NCBI GenBank assembly: GCA_015680685.1
Contig: MNCI01000556.1
Coordinates: 1,390,202 to 1,454,201 of the forward strand
DNA length: 64,000 nt
DNA from: Gnetum montanum
Taxonomy: Eukaryota; Plantae; Gnetophyta
Direction: 5' to 3'
Part shown: one piece after another, positions 35,600 to 50,234 of the stretch
How the letters are laid out: every line of letters begins with the position of its first letter
How positions within the stretch are numbered: position 1 is the first letter of the stretch
Notes under the pieces: generated by a model
The model's input: the letters and a program-made list of their open reading frames with translations, nothing else
Databases searched by the model: none
What the model was told of the DNA's origin: nothing
Program-made: the position numbers and the translations under genes

Positions 35600-38500
35600 G
35601 TTGTCCATTCGATGAAGTATTCATTACACTAGCTTGCTTGGGGTCATGGAAAGGTTTTATTTATTGAATATTCACCAATTTGTTTTTGTTTGGGATCTTA
35701 GGTTTTTAAATTAACATGGTATTAGAAGGAAACATTTTGTTAATTATATAAGATCCCTCCCATGATGTTTGAAATTTTGTTTGTTTTCGAGCATGTGTGG
35801 GATTCAAATAGAGGACCTTATCTCTAGGTTAAAATTTGACTTTCCTTATTCTTAGGTCATGGCATTGTTTACTTAAAGCTCTTTACACTTGATTTAAAGA
35901 TAAGACCACTAAGCATTTTTCATCTAGCATGTTCAGATTGATCAATCATTCTCTTTGTGCTAGATTCAAGTCAAGATCTAGCTCAAAAGTTGTTGAAAGT
36001 GTATGGAGCTTAGATTGAATAGAAAATGTTGATAAGTTTCCTGTATACCAGCTCCTAGGAAGATATCCTATTCGAAGTTTCCATGTTGAGAGGTATGTCT
36101 AAAGGACATCATTGAGTTTTATGCTCTAGTCTCTTCTAAATTTGCTAAAAATTCTTGTTATGATCTTTGTAATCTCCTTGTTAGTAAACTCTACTTGATC
36201 ATTGCCTTAGGGTGTGGTAGGATGTTATTAATTTATGTTTAACCTTCAAGTATTGCATGAGCTTACAAAAGATGATTCCTATGAGATGGGTTCCATTGTC
36301 AAAAATCAGTGGACATGGCATCCCAAACCTATTTACAATGTATTGTTGAAAAACCTAAGTAGTAGTAGATGATGTACAATCAACAATGGCTATTTGTTTT
36401 TCCCATTTATTATAGTAATTAATGGTGATGATAATGTATGCATTTGCATTGGATATGGATGTGATGGAACCCATGAAGTCTATATCCCATATTTCGAAGG
36501 GTTCTAATGGTTGGATAAATTAGTGAGCATTCCTAAATATTGTTGGCCAATAACACCCTACTAAGAAGATTTTAATGGTTTTGCATCTCCCTACATAGTG
36601 GCCTCCACAAGGACCCTCGTGAGCATCTTGGAGAATGTACACTTGATCATTATTAGGGACACACCAATGAACTAGGTTGTTGGCACACACCCTACAAAGA
36701 TGTTCATTGATTTCCATGAAGCACTTGGCCTAATGAAGAAATTATTATTTATTCCTGTGGTCTAGATCTTGTGGCATCTCTTAAGTGAGAAGATAAGTAA
36801 GGATGCCATCACACTATTTTGGTTCTATGGTCACTTGATCATTAATTGCTCCAAAAAAGAGATGTTCATAAGGAAATTGATTAGAGAGTGGGCTCTCATC
36901 CTCTTTGTTATTCCATATTAACTAAGAGAGATGATCGGTGATCTCATTCTCAATCCCCTTTTGATCTACTATCATAAGATCAAATTCTTGTAAGATCACC
37001 AACCATTGTATGACATAGGGGCTTACCATTGGCTTGTTCATCATGAAGTGAATGACACTATGATCAATGTGTACAAACACTTTGTACCCAAGCACATAGT
37101 GCCTAAGCTTTTTTAAAGTATACACTACTGCAATCAATTCTTTCTTCATTTTGGTGTAATTAATATTTGCACAAACAATGCTTCAACTTGTGCTATGGAT
37201 GTAATATGGATCTTTTTCATCATCAAACTACATCAACATGGCTTCCAAGACATAATTTGATACATTTTTCATGATATGAAATGGTTTGGACTAGTCTGGT
37301 GCTCATAGAATTAGAGTTTAGCTATTGAAATGCATTTTCACATTCTTGGGTACAAACAAATGGATCATCTTTCTTTATTAGCTCAACTAATGGTTTTATG
37401 ATCTTAGAGAATTTCTCTATGAATTCTTAGTAGTAACTAGTATATCTAAGGAATAATTAGACATCTTTAACTATTTCTAGTTAATGGGTTATTCCTTGGA
37501 TGACCCTTATCTTTTTACAGTCTACCTTAATCCATTTTTGTGAGATTCTATGCCCTAAGACTATGTCCCCTTAGATAATTAGATGGCTCTTTTACTAATT
37601 AAGCCATAGGTTTATCTCCACACATCTTTTGAATACTTGCTCAAGCTGGTCCAAGGATTGCCTAAATGTTGCACCATAAGTGAAAACATCATCCATGAAG
37701 ACTTCTAACCTACTACTAATTTACTGCTAAACGATGCTCAAGACTAAGCATCAGAATGTAGTAGGAGAATTGCATAGACCAAAAGGAATCTCTTGATATG
37801 CAAAATTTTTCCAAAGATTCATGAATATAGTTTTGGATTGATCCTCTAGTGTAATATGAATTTGGTTATAGCTCCTATAACCATCTAAAAAGCTATAATA
37901 GTAATGTTTAGAAATGGTGTCCAACACTTGATCAACAAATGGTAATGAAAAATGATCTTTGAATGTTGTCATGTTCAATAGCCTAAAATCAATACAAATC
38001 CACCACTTACCATATTTCTTTGGCATAATCATGAGTGGGTTAACCCACTCACTATCTATAATAGAATTACATGAACCCCACCTTAAGGAGTTATGCTATC
38101 TCCTCCTTGATGATTTTCTTTAATTTGGAGTTCAACCATTCTTGTGATTGCTTCCTTCACTTCATGGAAAGACTGGTATGGATATTATTCTAGCATATTT
38201 GTGGATCAATCCTAGTGAGCTCAGAATATGACCAAGTAAAGACTGTTAGCCATCTATTAATCACTTTCAATAGTTTCTTTTTTTATTTTGGAGCAAGTTT
38301 AGCATTGATTATAAATCACTTTCCATTTTTTAGAAATGCATATTCCAAGCTAGCAGCTAGAGTTTTCAACTATAGGGGTTCTTGCTTAAAATTTTCATGT
38401 ATTTCTAGCTCTCTTCAATAGGTATCATCATTTTCGTCATCAGAGAGTTGGAAACGAGCTTGCTCTAGTTCATCCATGCCTACAGCATAGGCACATATGA

Positions 38501-39120
38501 GGCTCTTAGTCAGTGTCATGCAAAGTGTGCTACTATTAGAATTAGTTATCAGCCACTCGGTTCCCTCTTGTTTTTTTACTATCAAATATAGGAACCTTTG
38601 AATATCTACCTCATTTGCACTCTACCTACATGCAAAAATAGATGCTCCTAGACTAGAGTTTTTGCATGTAGTTTCACTCTGTATCATTGTATGAGATGCA
38701 TGGAACTTATTTCTTCTTGATCTTTATGAACGCATTTTCCTTAAAAATTTCTAGGTAAAGATCTCTAATGCTCATTTTTTCATCAGTAGTACTTAGCCAC
38801 GCCCTTCCCATAATGATTGGAAAATCGTCCTTGTAGTTCTCACTCTGATCACTAGTAATTGGTAAGATAAGAACACCCATAGATAATGGTCACAATATAT
38901 TCTACTAATTCCAATGAAAGAGTGATGGACTATTTTCCAATTTTAATATGATATTGCTCTTCTTGAGAGGTAGTAGGTTCTAGGTAGTGTACATCACATG
39001 GAAAATTAGATTAGCATCAAAGTCTAAATTTAGAAGAGCTTTGCATGGTTTATTCCTAGCAATCTACATATAGATAATGGGACTTTCAAGATTAGCTAGT
39101 TTCCTAGGAAGGTTTCCAAC
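35600..39120 (-). pseudogene. pol: Athila pol (protease, RT, RNase H, integrase), degenerate
   Basis: ORFs 37751-38032, 36922-37149 and 36520-36717, plus manual reading of EVFMDD near 37690. Confidence 0.92.
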
Positions 39121-39149
39121 CTAGATCTAGTTAAATAAGACATGAATTA

Positions 39150-41600
39150 ACATAACAATGTTAATCGTGAAAGGTGTTTGGTTTAAAGGGCTCTAGATTG
39201 AATGATTTGTAGAGGATGAGGAAGGAGAAAGGTGACCAACCACATGAGTTTGTGAGGGCTTAGGAGGGCTATTGTGTTGAAAGAATGGTTGTTTGTGAGA
39301 TGTAGGTTCCAAACAACTCAATTGATTAATTGGTTGTAGATTAATAACCCTTGTATTATTACATTATTTTGGCTGAGCTAGAAGCTCATCTTGCCTAGAT
39401 GGAGTAAGAGATGGTAGTTGTGTTGAAAGTGGAGAAATAGGTGCAAGCACATGAGGAGGATATGGATAACATATGGGACCCCCCTAGGAGTCGTAGAATG
39501 ATTTTTTGATATTTAAGAGGGTTGTAGTTATCCTAGAAAGGAGAAACATGATTGGAAGTGTCACATGGAGACAAAGGTTTATAAACATAGTAACCATACA
39601 AATTTGGCTACTTGTAGGAATACTACTACCATGGTGGTGGCATCCCCCATGATTATGGTTGTTTCCATTACAAATATTACTCATATGGTTGTGGTGGAGT
39701 TTCCCTTGGATAATAAGGTTGTTGCTAGTGGAATTGCTTGGGATTATCTTGATGATAGGACAATCGTTTGAGTGTTTTCCTTTTCGATAGTCGTGGATTC
39801 AAAGCATACAACTCAAATTCCTATAAGTGTGACATAACAAGGTAACATCCCTTAGGATGTTCATATTTTTAGATGTCACAACCATTTTCATCATCTAATT
39901 TAGTCTCTAAAACTTCATCTACTGTAGTAGCATTACCCTTGTTCCTTTTTTAGGTACATTCAACTTCTTTTCACCTCCTATAGTCATAATAACTTTTCTA
40001 CTCTCTTGATTCTACTGCGATTTTTAGAGTAGTTTATAATTTTTCATCTAATGAATCCAAAATTTTATCTACCTTAGTAAAAATTTCAAATATACATCTT
40101 TGGATCAACAAGGTCTTTCATTGTAGCATCTCATCAAGAGGTGATTCCTCCTCACTATCATAAAAGCAGACCTCCTTCTTTCTAATGGAAGGATCCTTGT
40201 TATATTCTATTGTACTTTTGCATTCCCTCAACTCTTCTTCTTCTTTTGCTACCTAATCAATCAACCATTATATCTAATGGGCTTTTAATTTTGATATTCT
40301 TCCTTGGGCATAGACCTCAAGGATCCTTTTTGTTTATGAGAAAAGCCCATTTATGATGTTACAAAGTTGTTTCCTCTAAGAGTAACCATGGCTAGGGCAT
40401 TGATGTAATAATGAATAATATCTACCCATGACAACATCCAAGGGTTCATGTGTTCCGTACTTCCATCCTTGGGTTTTTCTTCATAGGTTTGACACTTTGG
40501 AGTAGGTCTAATACTTATTATTAAATAGTTCTAGCATTGTAATCCATCAATGGATTAACTTTGGTTCTAGAGATTACTACCATCTTTGTGCTTTCTTGAT
40601 GAGCATTTTGGGGAATAGCTTGAGATTTTTTCAATTATTTTAAATATTTTTTAAAACACAAGAATTGTGAAAGGCTTGTAGATGCATTTGAGGATCTAAG
40701 TTATATCCCCACTCAAATCTAGGGATATTGTTCATGTCTAGCCACTTGATTTGGCTATCATTCACATGCTTGGTAAAAATTTTGACAGCCTTTATGATGT
40801 TGAGCATATTTCAAGTGGCCAACAGCAGTCCATCATCATGATCTTGATGATTCCTGTCATCTCCTCTACCATCCCTCCATTCATGGAAGTCTCTACGATT
40901 ATCATTATTATCCCATCACCTACAATTTGTTTTAGATTTAGAGGAGGAAGCTAATCCAAATGAAGAGGGTGAAGAGGAGGGAGGAATGGCATCAATATAT
41001 TTTCTACCACTACCTTTCCATTTTTCATGGCCATGATCCTTAGAGTTATCATCATTTTTCTTGTTTGAGTTTCCATTTTGACTCCATTTCTTAGAGCTCC
41101 AACAACTATGGAAGTCAATGTTATCAAAACTTGAATTGTTGATACTTATTTAGGATTTGGATTCGACTCCCCTTCACTAGATTCAAGAGGTGGGGATTAT
41201 ACATCTTTATAATTCTCAATAAGAGGTTTCTCATCATTACTTTTATTTAATGAGAACAAGGGGTTAGTGAATCATTTTCCCATTCAGTTCTTTTTATGGC
41301 ACTTTTCCCATTGCTAGTCTTATTTACATTGTGTCTTAGTCAAATAGTAGTCCTACAAGTCATTATCTTCTACAATGTATTCTCCTTGAAGCTTCTCAAT
41401 GTCCAACCTTGTAAGAGTTTGGAGTAGCATCTTGAAAATAGATTGGTCAAGTGGCAATACAACATTCCCCTCCATATCTTTCTACCACATTTTTTCATCT
41501 TGATGGAGGACATAAGTAAAATTAGGTACAAACTCATCAAGTTGAGTGTACACCACTCTACATTCTTATGGTACTAATAACTTAGAATCATCTTTCCTAT
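39150..41600 (-). pseudogene. gag: Athila B gag, degenerate
   Basis: IKWLDMNNIPRFE..DPQMHLQAFH..KLFPKML, homologous to gag of A and C; boundaries approximate. Confidence 0.75.
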
Positions 41601-42662
41601 GAGACGAAGAAGAAATTTTTATTAGAAATAGTTTCTTAGCATGTTTGTAGTATATTTCTGATTAATTATTATGATTTAACTTTGTTGGATTCATTTCAAC
41701 AATGTTAAGTAATTTTCACTAATCCTAGATTAATAGTGCATGGTACTAGCTAAGAATCCCCAACAACAATGCTAATGATAAGTCGCAAGGTACCCCTATG
41801 CCTAACCATATGAATCACTAAAGTGTTTATGCACGAGCTGGATGAATTCTATGGATTCATACTATTCTCATACACTAGATTCAATCTAGAAGGTGAATCT
41901 AATTATGAAATGATCATTGTCTTCCCAACTACACTTGTGAGGCTCAGTTTTATGGTTAAGTGTAATTAAGGCACATTATTTTTATTAGTTTATATATTGA
42001 TCACCTAAGATTGCTATCAAATTGAAAATAAATTGATTAACTAGTTCAAATAATTTAATTACTAATTAATAACTAAGTTTTCTAACATAAGAATCTAGTT
42101 CCACCTTTTGTACTCCTCTTCAATACATACAACACTACTAGGTAACCAAGCATTAAACACTATTGGAATTACCAAGTGTTATACATATTCTTAATGTGAT
42201 CATAGTTATGTGGGCTAGTATATTTCACTTAATTAATTAATTAAAATCTTAATCATTTTAGATTAATTAATTACTTAATTAATGAAAATAATAAATACAT
42301 AAATAAATCAATAAGCTAGTCCAAATGCTACAAGGTTTATTAAAAAGCTCGTCCTTATTACTACATACACTATGGTGCTTAGGTACAACAGTGCTAGAAC
42401 AAAGATCCATACACTCCTCAACTCTTGTTGGGAGCACTCAGAAAATTATTCTATCTCTTACAGAAACAAGATGCAAGAGTTTCACTAGCAACTGAAAATC
42501 TAACCCTCATTAACATATCTAGGGTATCATATTTATAAACCTGCTAGAGTGCCACATCGATGAGTACACATCAATGTGGGAAACCCTATGTCAACAAGAT
42601 CCTATCGATGGGGTTGCATCGATGGCATCCTGTTGATGCAACCGACTAAAGACTCTTTATCA

Positions 42663-44560
42663 TTGTTATAAATAGTTTATTATAAAATAAGAAAATATAT
42701 TCAAAAAAAATTTAAATTATGAATAGGATTTATGATGAAAACTTTATTAGAATTGTATAGGCTTCTTTTTAATAGTGTAAGTAAAATATTGCTATTGCTC
42801 TTAGAAAAATTTCCTCTCCTTGGTTCTAATCAAGCACTTATATGCATTAACTTAACTTTATCTATTATTCTTATGTTACATTCTTTATATTCAATGTAGC
42901 CTAAAAGCAATTCTCATCAAACCATGTCTTCTAACACCTTGTTGTTCAAATGCACAACTTGCTTAGCAGCTATAAGCAAAATTTATCAACTCCTTATGAT
43001 ATCTTTCAAGAATCCATTTTTTATGTGTTGCATCTATGTATATTTCTATGAATTTTACATTAACTTAATTTAGTAAGACACTTAATTTGAAAGCTTGAGA
43101 TCATGAGTTCGATTCTTGTTGGTAATTCTAAGTTATATAAAGTTCTGATTGGACTCTATATCTTGGGATGTTCCTATGTTTCACTTTCTTGGAGTTCTAA
43201 CACCCCTCAACTTGAGGATAACTTTGTATAAATTTTTTTTTCCTATTCCTATTTCTTGTAGTTTGAAGGAACCATCACTTGAAGTGATTGTAAGCTGGTT
43301 CTTTCTCAAGTCATAGCATCTAAGTTTGAGTTTGGGTGCAGCAAGTTAAAAGATGTTAAATGTTTGCTCATCCATTGGCACTCCTAGGATCTCACCTTGG
43401 TGGGATGAGTACTAAGCCTATAGGTGATGATCCATTTTATTTTCTGTTGTTTGAGAAAAAAATTAATTTACAACAAAAGCTTTACATGATGATGCCAAGA
43501 CTCTACTAACTCATTCCTAATTTAACTCTTTAATAAATTCAATGTCTTCATATGAACATAAATTAAAATAAATGCAAGAGTTACCTTAAATTACACTAAA
43601 ATTAAATGATTAAGATTAAGGAAATCTAGCAAGTCCATTGCAAATGAGAAGATACAAAATTTGTCCATTATAATAGATGTTGACCTATTTTATTAATAGT
43701 ATCATCTTCAAAATGTTGTTCACTTGTAATCTTTAATAATGTATAAATTATTGGACATTATGGTTCCACTTAATAATTTTTGTTTGGTGGGAACCTATAC
43801 TTGAATAAAGTTTCACTATAGAAATCATAACCATTTCTTCATTCTAGATAGAGTTAAACATACAAAAGGATATGACAAATTTTACCACAATTGCAAAGAC
43901 ATTATTTAATAGTTTCATTATTTAACATGCCACCAAATATGTTTAAAAATTATGTATTTTAAAAAACTCAAAGTTTTTAGAATAATCCCTACTTACAAAG
44001 CAATAATAAATGTATTTTTGAAACTAAAAGCTAAGGATTTACTTACACCAACACCTCTTTGGCTCAAAATCTCTTTTATAGAATTTATATCCAAAGCAAG
44101 TGAGGTGGAGAATGGGCAACTGGTATCTTGTAGTCATATATAAGAAATTTAATTAAGACATTCTAGGAAATCAAACTAGGGCATCCTTGATTTAGGTAAT
44201 ATATGCCTAGAAAATTAACAAAGTGAAGGTAAGAAATTAGGTTAATGAAATAAAATTCAACAAATTTTAGAGCACTTCCTTTAAAATTAGGGCTACTAAC
44301 TTTGAAATTATAACCACTACGTCATTCTAATAAGAACATAAAATCTAAATTTGAAACTTTAGAAAATGAATAGAGAAAACATACATATAGTTTAGGAAGT
44401 TAGCATAAAGCTTGCATGAAACTAAGGCCAAGTATAGAAAATTTGGGTGATGTGGTTGTAACAAGGAGCAAACACCTTCAATCTTCTGAGAAAAGTCACT
44501 ATCAAAGAGCAAACACCTTCAATCTTCTAAAAAAATTAATTTGGCTTGATGGGTCATCAA
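42663..44560. repeat. AT-rich non-coding flank, duplicated at 61650-63480
   Basis: Colinear matches, e.g. tgttataaatagtttatt (42664/61651), aagcttgagatcatgagttc (43091/62078), ccatttcttcattctagatagagttaaaca (43831/62767). Confidence 0.9.
43055..43125 (+). pseudogene. Possible highly decayed tRNA-derived sequence (pseudo-tRNA or SINE head); paralogue at ~62041-62115
   Basis: A-box-like t(a/g)actt(a/g)attt(a/g)gtaaga and B-box-like GAGTTCGATTCT at tRNA-like spacing; the T-arm pairs if CpG decay is reversed. Confidence 0.3.
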
Positions 44561-45464
44561 GTCCTCCAATTTAAAGCTAATTTCCTATTTTGTGTTCTCT
44601 ACCATTAGCTTTAGCTTTAGGTAGTTATCAAAGATCACCTATCCATCTATACCTTGACTTAATGGTTATCCTCTTTAATTTGGTTGTGGTAACTTATATA
44701 AGCCCTAGATTTATGATGGTAATCTTGTCTCTAAATAACTATATGCATGTTCTATGTACACCATTATTCAACAAAAGTAATATCTATAAAGTAGGGTAGG
44801 CGTTGAGATGAAAAATGTATTACTGGTAAACTATAAAATTCATCCTCATTATGCTAACCTTATCCTAAGAAAATACCTATATTTTTAGTCTTATTTTTAT
44901 TTATTTGCATATTGGAATCTAAAATAATTAAAATATATGTATACTCCAAGACATGTAGTCAAATTAGACCTTTTATAACTTAACATTGCTGAGTAGAATT
45001 AAACCCATAAATGTCCTTTGTCAAGATCCTAAATTATATTTGGTATGATATTTAGCTTTTCTAAATTACCAAACTATTGAAGTTAAAGAAAGAATAGGAA
45101 GCTTATTAACCCTTCTTTTATTTCTTTATTCAATTTCTACTCTTGAAATTAGGTGAACAAAATACTCTCAAGTGAGACAAGTTAAGAATAAGGATTTTTC
45201 CTACTTTCACTTGGGTAACCAGAAAATATGAGATGCACATACTATAACTTTCATTAAGGCTTGTAATTGGTGGTTAGAATCTTAATTCACCTCTTATTAT
45301 TACTAGAATAATTAATGTAAGTTATTAACATGGTAGATTGGTTTTCCTTAGATATCTTTCTCAATTATATTTTTATTGGAGATTAAACAACAGAATATTA
45401 AAACCATATTTAAAAAGGATAAATAAACGCATCAGAGAATAAAGAAAGATCCATATGTAGACAT

Positions 45465-46368
45465 ATTTGAGAATGAACAAAAGCTAAGGGTTGTTTATTA
45501 CATCTATGTTTCTAAATGGTGTTATTCCATAGCTACAAGGTGTAATTGTTATTATAAAATATTTAATGAGAATTATCTCTTACCTTTTAAGTTAGTTTAT
45601 ATTTGTGTTAAACCTTTTGCTTGAATAGTTGGTGAATATGCTCAGAATTTTGCTATATATCCTTCCAAGAGATATTTCATTTTCTCAACTGTTGAATCCC
45701 CTAAAAATACCAACCATGGTCTTAGGAATCCTTAAGAATTTCTTTAGAGAATTTGTCTTACGTTGATATATATAAGCTATAAGTGTATGTAATGAATTGA
45801 CATAAGGCTTATGCTTCTAAAGCTAATAAATCACATTTACATAATAACATTTAGTAAGTTGTTTGCATCTTCACCATTAACCCATCAAGAAGAAAAGTTT
45901 ATTGCACTCTTTCATTATCCATATGTGGAATTATTTGAGAATGAACAAAAGCTAAGGAGGGTAGTTTATCACATTTGTGTTTCTAAATAGTGTCATTCCA
46001 TAACTATGAACTGTAATTGTTATTATAAGATCCTTAACAAAAATTATCTCTTTCCTTTTACATTAGTTCACATTTGTGTTAAACCTTTTGCTTGATGAGT
46101 TGATAAATATTCTTAGGATTTTTCTATACATCCTTCAAAGAGATATTCCATTTTCTCAACCATTGAATCCCTTCAAAATACCAACTAAGATCTCATGAAT
46201 CCTTAAGAAATACTATAGAGAATTTTTCTTACTTTAAGATATGTAAGCTATAAGTATTAATTGAATTGACATAAGGCTTCTACTTCTAAAGATAATAAAT
46301 CACATCAACATAATAACATTGATTAAGGTGTTTGCATCTTAACCTTTCATTCATCAAGAAGAAAAGTG
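45465..46368. repeat. Direct duplication of ~435 bp (period ~468 bp)
   Basis: atttgagaatgaacaaaagctaagg at 45465 and 45933; both copies end catcaagaagaaaagt (~45898, ~46368). Confidence 0.9.
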
Positions 46369-49300
46369 GAGTAGGTTCACTCAAATAATTAAATCACATA
46401 TAATGCATAAAATATAGATATTAAGCGAAGATAAAATTATTTTCTAGAAACCAAGAAAACTAGCTATCTTCAATTATTTTATTAGAAGATTATAACAGGG
46501 CTCACACAAACCTCAAGAATTCAAAATCTCTCACATTGAATTGATATTGCAGAGCATGAACCTCTAAAACCACATAATGGATATTCTCAATGCAAGACAC
46601 AACCAATAGAATTCTTTCCCATAACTCAGAATTGAGATCTCGACTCACAAGTATGATACAAGAGAGTTGAACACATAGATCAACACACCACAAGCTGATC
46701 TCGATGTTGAAATCACTAATTATACTCATCTAATGTTCTCATCCACTCTTTTTCTCTCTCTCTCTCTTGCCCAAATCTCACTCTCAAGAGCATTCTCTCT
46801 TACTCCTTTAGCATACAAGCTCTTTGTCCTTGCATACCAACCCTCCTTCTTTCTCATGGATGGATACATACATAATTATAGATATCCCAAATCCTAGGAA
46901 GCTTTCTATTTGCCTTCCTAGATGTCTTCCACAAGGATCTAGATTATTTTAGATGTTTTCTAATCAAAATGCCAGGTTAGAGCTTTTTCCCTCATCATCA
47001 TCTTAGACATCTCTAGTTTTACTTAGATGTCTACTATGACAGACCTACTTTCAAGTGAGATTTCTACTATTTTCAGTAAATGTCTACTCTGGTCCATAAA
47101 CATCTATACTCCTAATTATATGTACATGGTGAAATGCCTATCTTTTTGGTAAGATATCTATCTTATAGGTTCCAGAATAAAAATGCTCATTTTAATGCTT
47201 GAAAACTTTAGATGCCTCCAATCAAGCCCCCATAGGTTCTAGAACCCCTTAGACTCATCAAAATGAGCCAACACATCTTCAAACATGAAAAAACATCTAA
47301 GAATATTCATCATAAGAAAATGAACCTAAGAAGACATACAAAAACAAAAACAAGACACCCTTATCTAGGTCTCCTTCCAGCACAAAAAGCTATAAAAATA
47401 ACTTGTAGGACAAACACAAGGAAATTGGAAGAGGTGTTCCTACACCAACTCTTTCACTCTTCAAAAAGTGAACTCATGTGAACAAGAGAGTAGGGGTATA
47501 AGTGATTCCCCACTAAAAAAGTTTGATATCATGGGCCCATACAACATCATTAATGTCTTGATTCTCTCAATGAATCAAATAATCATGCCTCTTGACTCCC
47601 CAAGTACTAGATGCTTTCCTTTGCTTAAGTACAATTTCCTTCCTCTCCATTAAAGGCTTGGACTGATCAATTGCCCCATTCAACTCATCAATGTTACCAT
47701 GTATGGTCTTCTCATCAATTGGTCCATGATAGTGCACAAGATTTAAAACATTAAACACAAAATAGATACAAACATAATTTGTTAAATCAATATAAAAAGA
47801 ACTGCCATTTAATTTAGCCTTAATTTTGAAAGGCCCCATCTTCTTTTCTTTCAATTTAGAGAAGTTAATACCTTTCAAACACTTCTTCTTCAAGTACACC
47901 TAAATCAAGTTACCAATAGCAAAATTAGACTTTTACTTACTCTTATTTATATTAAGGACTTTCTCTTTAGCCTTATTCTTAAGCTTTAATCTTATTTATG
48001 CATCAAGATCTCTCATCTCTTACAAAAAATTATAACTCTATTGAGATTCAGCATCAAAGCTCTTCAAAGTATCCACCATCTTTGGACAAAACCCATAACT
48101 CACCTCAAATGGACTTTTTCCAATTGTAACATGAAAAGCCTTGTCATAAAAAAGCTTAACCTTCTTCTTCTTGGTGTTAGAAAGCCTCTTACTAATCCTT
48201 CCTCCATCATCAAAATCATAATGTATATTACCTTCACATTATCCATCCATTTCATAGATAAGATAATTAATTTCATCACTATCAATGTTCACATAAACAT
48301 CAATAATGATCTTCTCATAATAACTACTACGTTAGTCATAATCATTAGGAAAGTTATCATTATTACTCTTGATCTTACCAAAAATGGCATCCAAAGTTAC
48401 ATTCCTTCAATCATGTACAACATAACTGAAAACTTCATCACAATAATCACAATGATCATGATTCCCATAATTATAATGAAATAAATCACTACCAAGTTGA
48501 ATTGAAAAACTAGAATTCAACACACTAGCTTCCACATAAAAGACATTACTACCATTTTCAAGGTAAAGCTTAGACTCACTTATCTCATCATGGCTTTCGT
48601 TATCCATCTTTGTTTCAAATTGATCTTTAACATGTGGTTGTATACTCTTATCATAGCTTAAAGCTTTAAGATTTCTCATAGAAGTCTCCAAATCCAATGT
48701 ATTCTTCTCCTAAAATTGATCAACATCAGCTCCTACAATCCACCTTGGAGGTTTCAACTCAAGAAACAAATTATCCTTCATGGCTTGAACATTAGATTTA
48801 TCACCCAAATAATCATTCTTCCACATACCTTGGATAAAAGACTCCCCTCTCTTCCGTGAGAGAGCTTCAACTTGGCAAAGAATCTTCTTTCCCTTGTTGC
48901 AAGGTATAGAAAAATTACAAAAATAATGAGTATCATACCTTCTAGTGATGCTCTTGATCCTTCTTGAAGAAGTCCCTTGATCCTTGGCACTCATTTGACC
49001 TTGATTTTTCACCTTATATAACTTATGAGATAGGAACTCTTCTTGATCAACCACATACACCATCTTGGACTATGAAGATTTTTTAGTCTCTTTGATGAAG
49101 CTCTTGGTTCCATATTTTGAAAAATTTGAGTATTGAGCACTCCCTTACTCAATAAGAGATACTTGAGAAATCCCTTTCTCATTAATCTCCACTTCACCAA
49201 TCCTTTCATCTTTCTTCTTGAACATGTTTGGAAATATCTTCTCCAAGTCTAGTAGACCTATAATAAGTTTGGCTTGCATATCATCATGGTTAGTAGCAAC

Positions 49301-50234
49301 TATTGGCATAATAATAAAATCAAAATCATTTTCATCATGTTCCGTAATATATTCCCTCTATCCTAGAAGGATTAAGGAAGTGTTAAGCGTGTTTTGCTAT
49401 CTCACATGCTTAGTTATCATAGGAATCAAATCAAGGATTCCATTAGGTCTGGCAACACTCCACACATTTCTTTCTTCATCAAACTAATCACCATTGTCAT
49501 AATTTTAAGGTCTACCAATAATTACATTAGCACAATCTATTGGAACCACATCACACTTCACAACATCATGAAAACTTCGAATTTTAAATGTCAAATTACA
49601 TTTCTCCCTCACCTCTTGTGAAAAATCTTTAGACAACTAATGCACTTTATAGGGTGTTAGATAAGGATTAGTTACCAATCCTAATCTAGAAACTATCTTA
49701 AAGGATATAACATTTTCTTGGGCTTCCCCATTAATCAAAACATGAATCCATTCCATACTAAGTCAATCGCTAGCCCTAATAAAAAAAATATCCTATTAGG
49801 ATGACCTCCTCTATTTACATTCCCCATGAATGTATAATAATTTAATTTAAAAATATATTTTGTATTTGGAGCATTAGCATTGCCTCTCTAAAGAGGTTGG
49901 CTTGATGTCTTCTCCACCTCCATGGTTTGCATATCTTTGCCCTTGGCTACCTTGTGAAGTGGACATTTCCATTGCTTATCTCTCCATTCTCCATACTTGA
50001 ACCACTAAATTATTTATGAGTTGCTATCATGACCCTTGTCTCCATCACTTAGGTATTTCTTGATTTTATCCTTCTCATCATCTCCTTCAATCTTCTTATC
50101 TTGGATATCCACCATATCTTATGATTTAGACTTGGATCTCTTATTAGATATAGATCCTTTCTCCTTTCCTTTAAAAGTTTGTTTGCTTCTATTTCTAAAT
50201 CCAATTAATTTCTTGATAACTTTGAGTGCCAAGT

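Larger units (their letters stand above)
31021..42662 (-). mobile_element. Athila-like element B with complete but decayed gag-PR-RT-RH-IN and extra ORF (3' LTR remnant 31021-31707, PBS 41757-41774, 5' LTR 41776-42662)
   Basis: RT WICIDFRLLNMTTFKDHFSLPFVDQVL..FLDGYRSYNQI..PFGLCNSPTTF..LEVFMDDVF; RH KELIAVVYTLKKLRHYVLG; IN zinc finger HEGPCGGH..YWPTIFRNAH; PPT next to 31707. Confidence 0.9.

Noticed and set aside
44560-45460. Possible host exons in unique AT-rich DNA (also 63480-64000)
   Set aside because: No convincing reading frame, splice pattern or protein motif
48041-48484. 147-aa Ile-rich ORF and similar hydrophobic plus-strand ORFs (58042-58392, 32293-32562) as membrane or env proteins
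   Set aside because: Antisense readings of Asp/Asn/Lys-rich retrotransposon frames in AT-rich DNA
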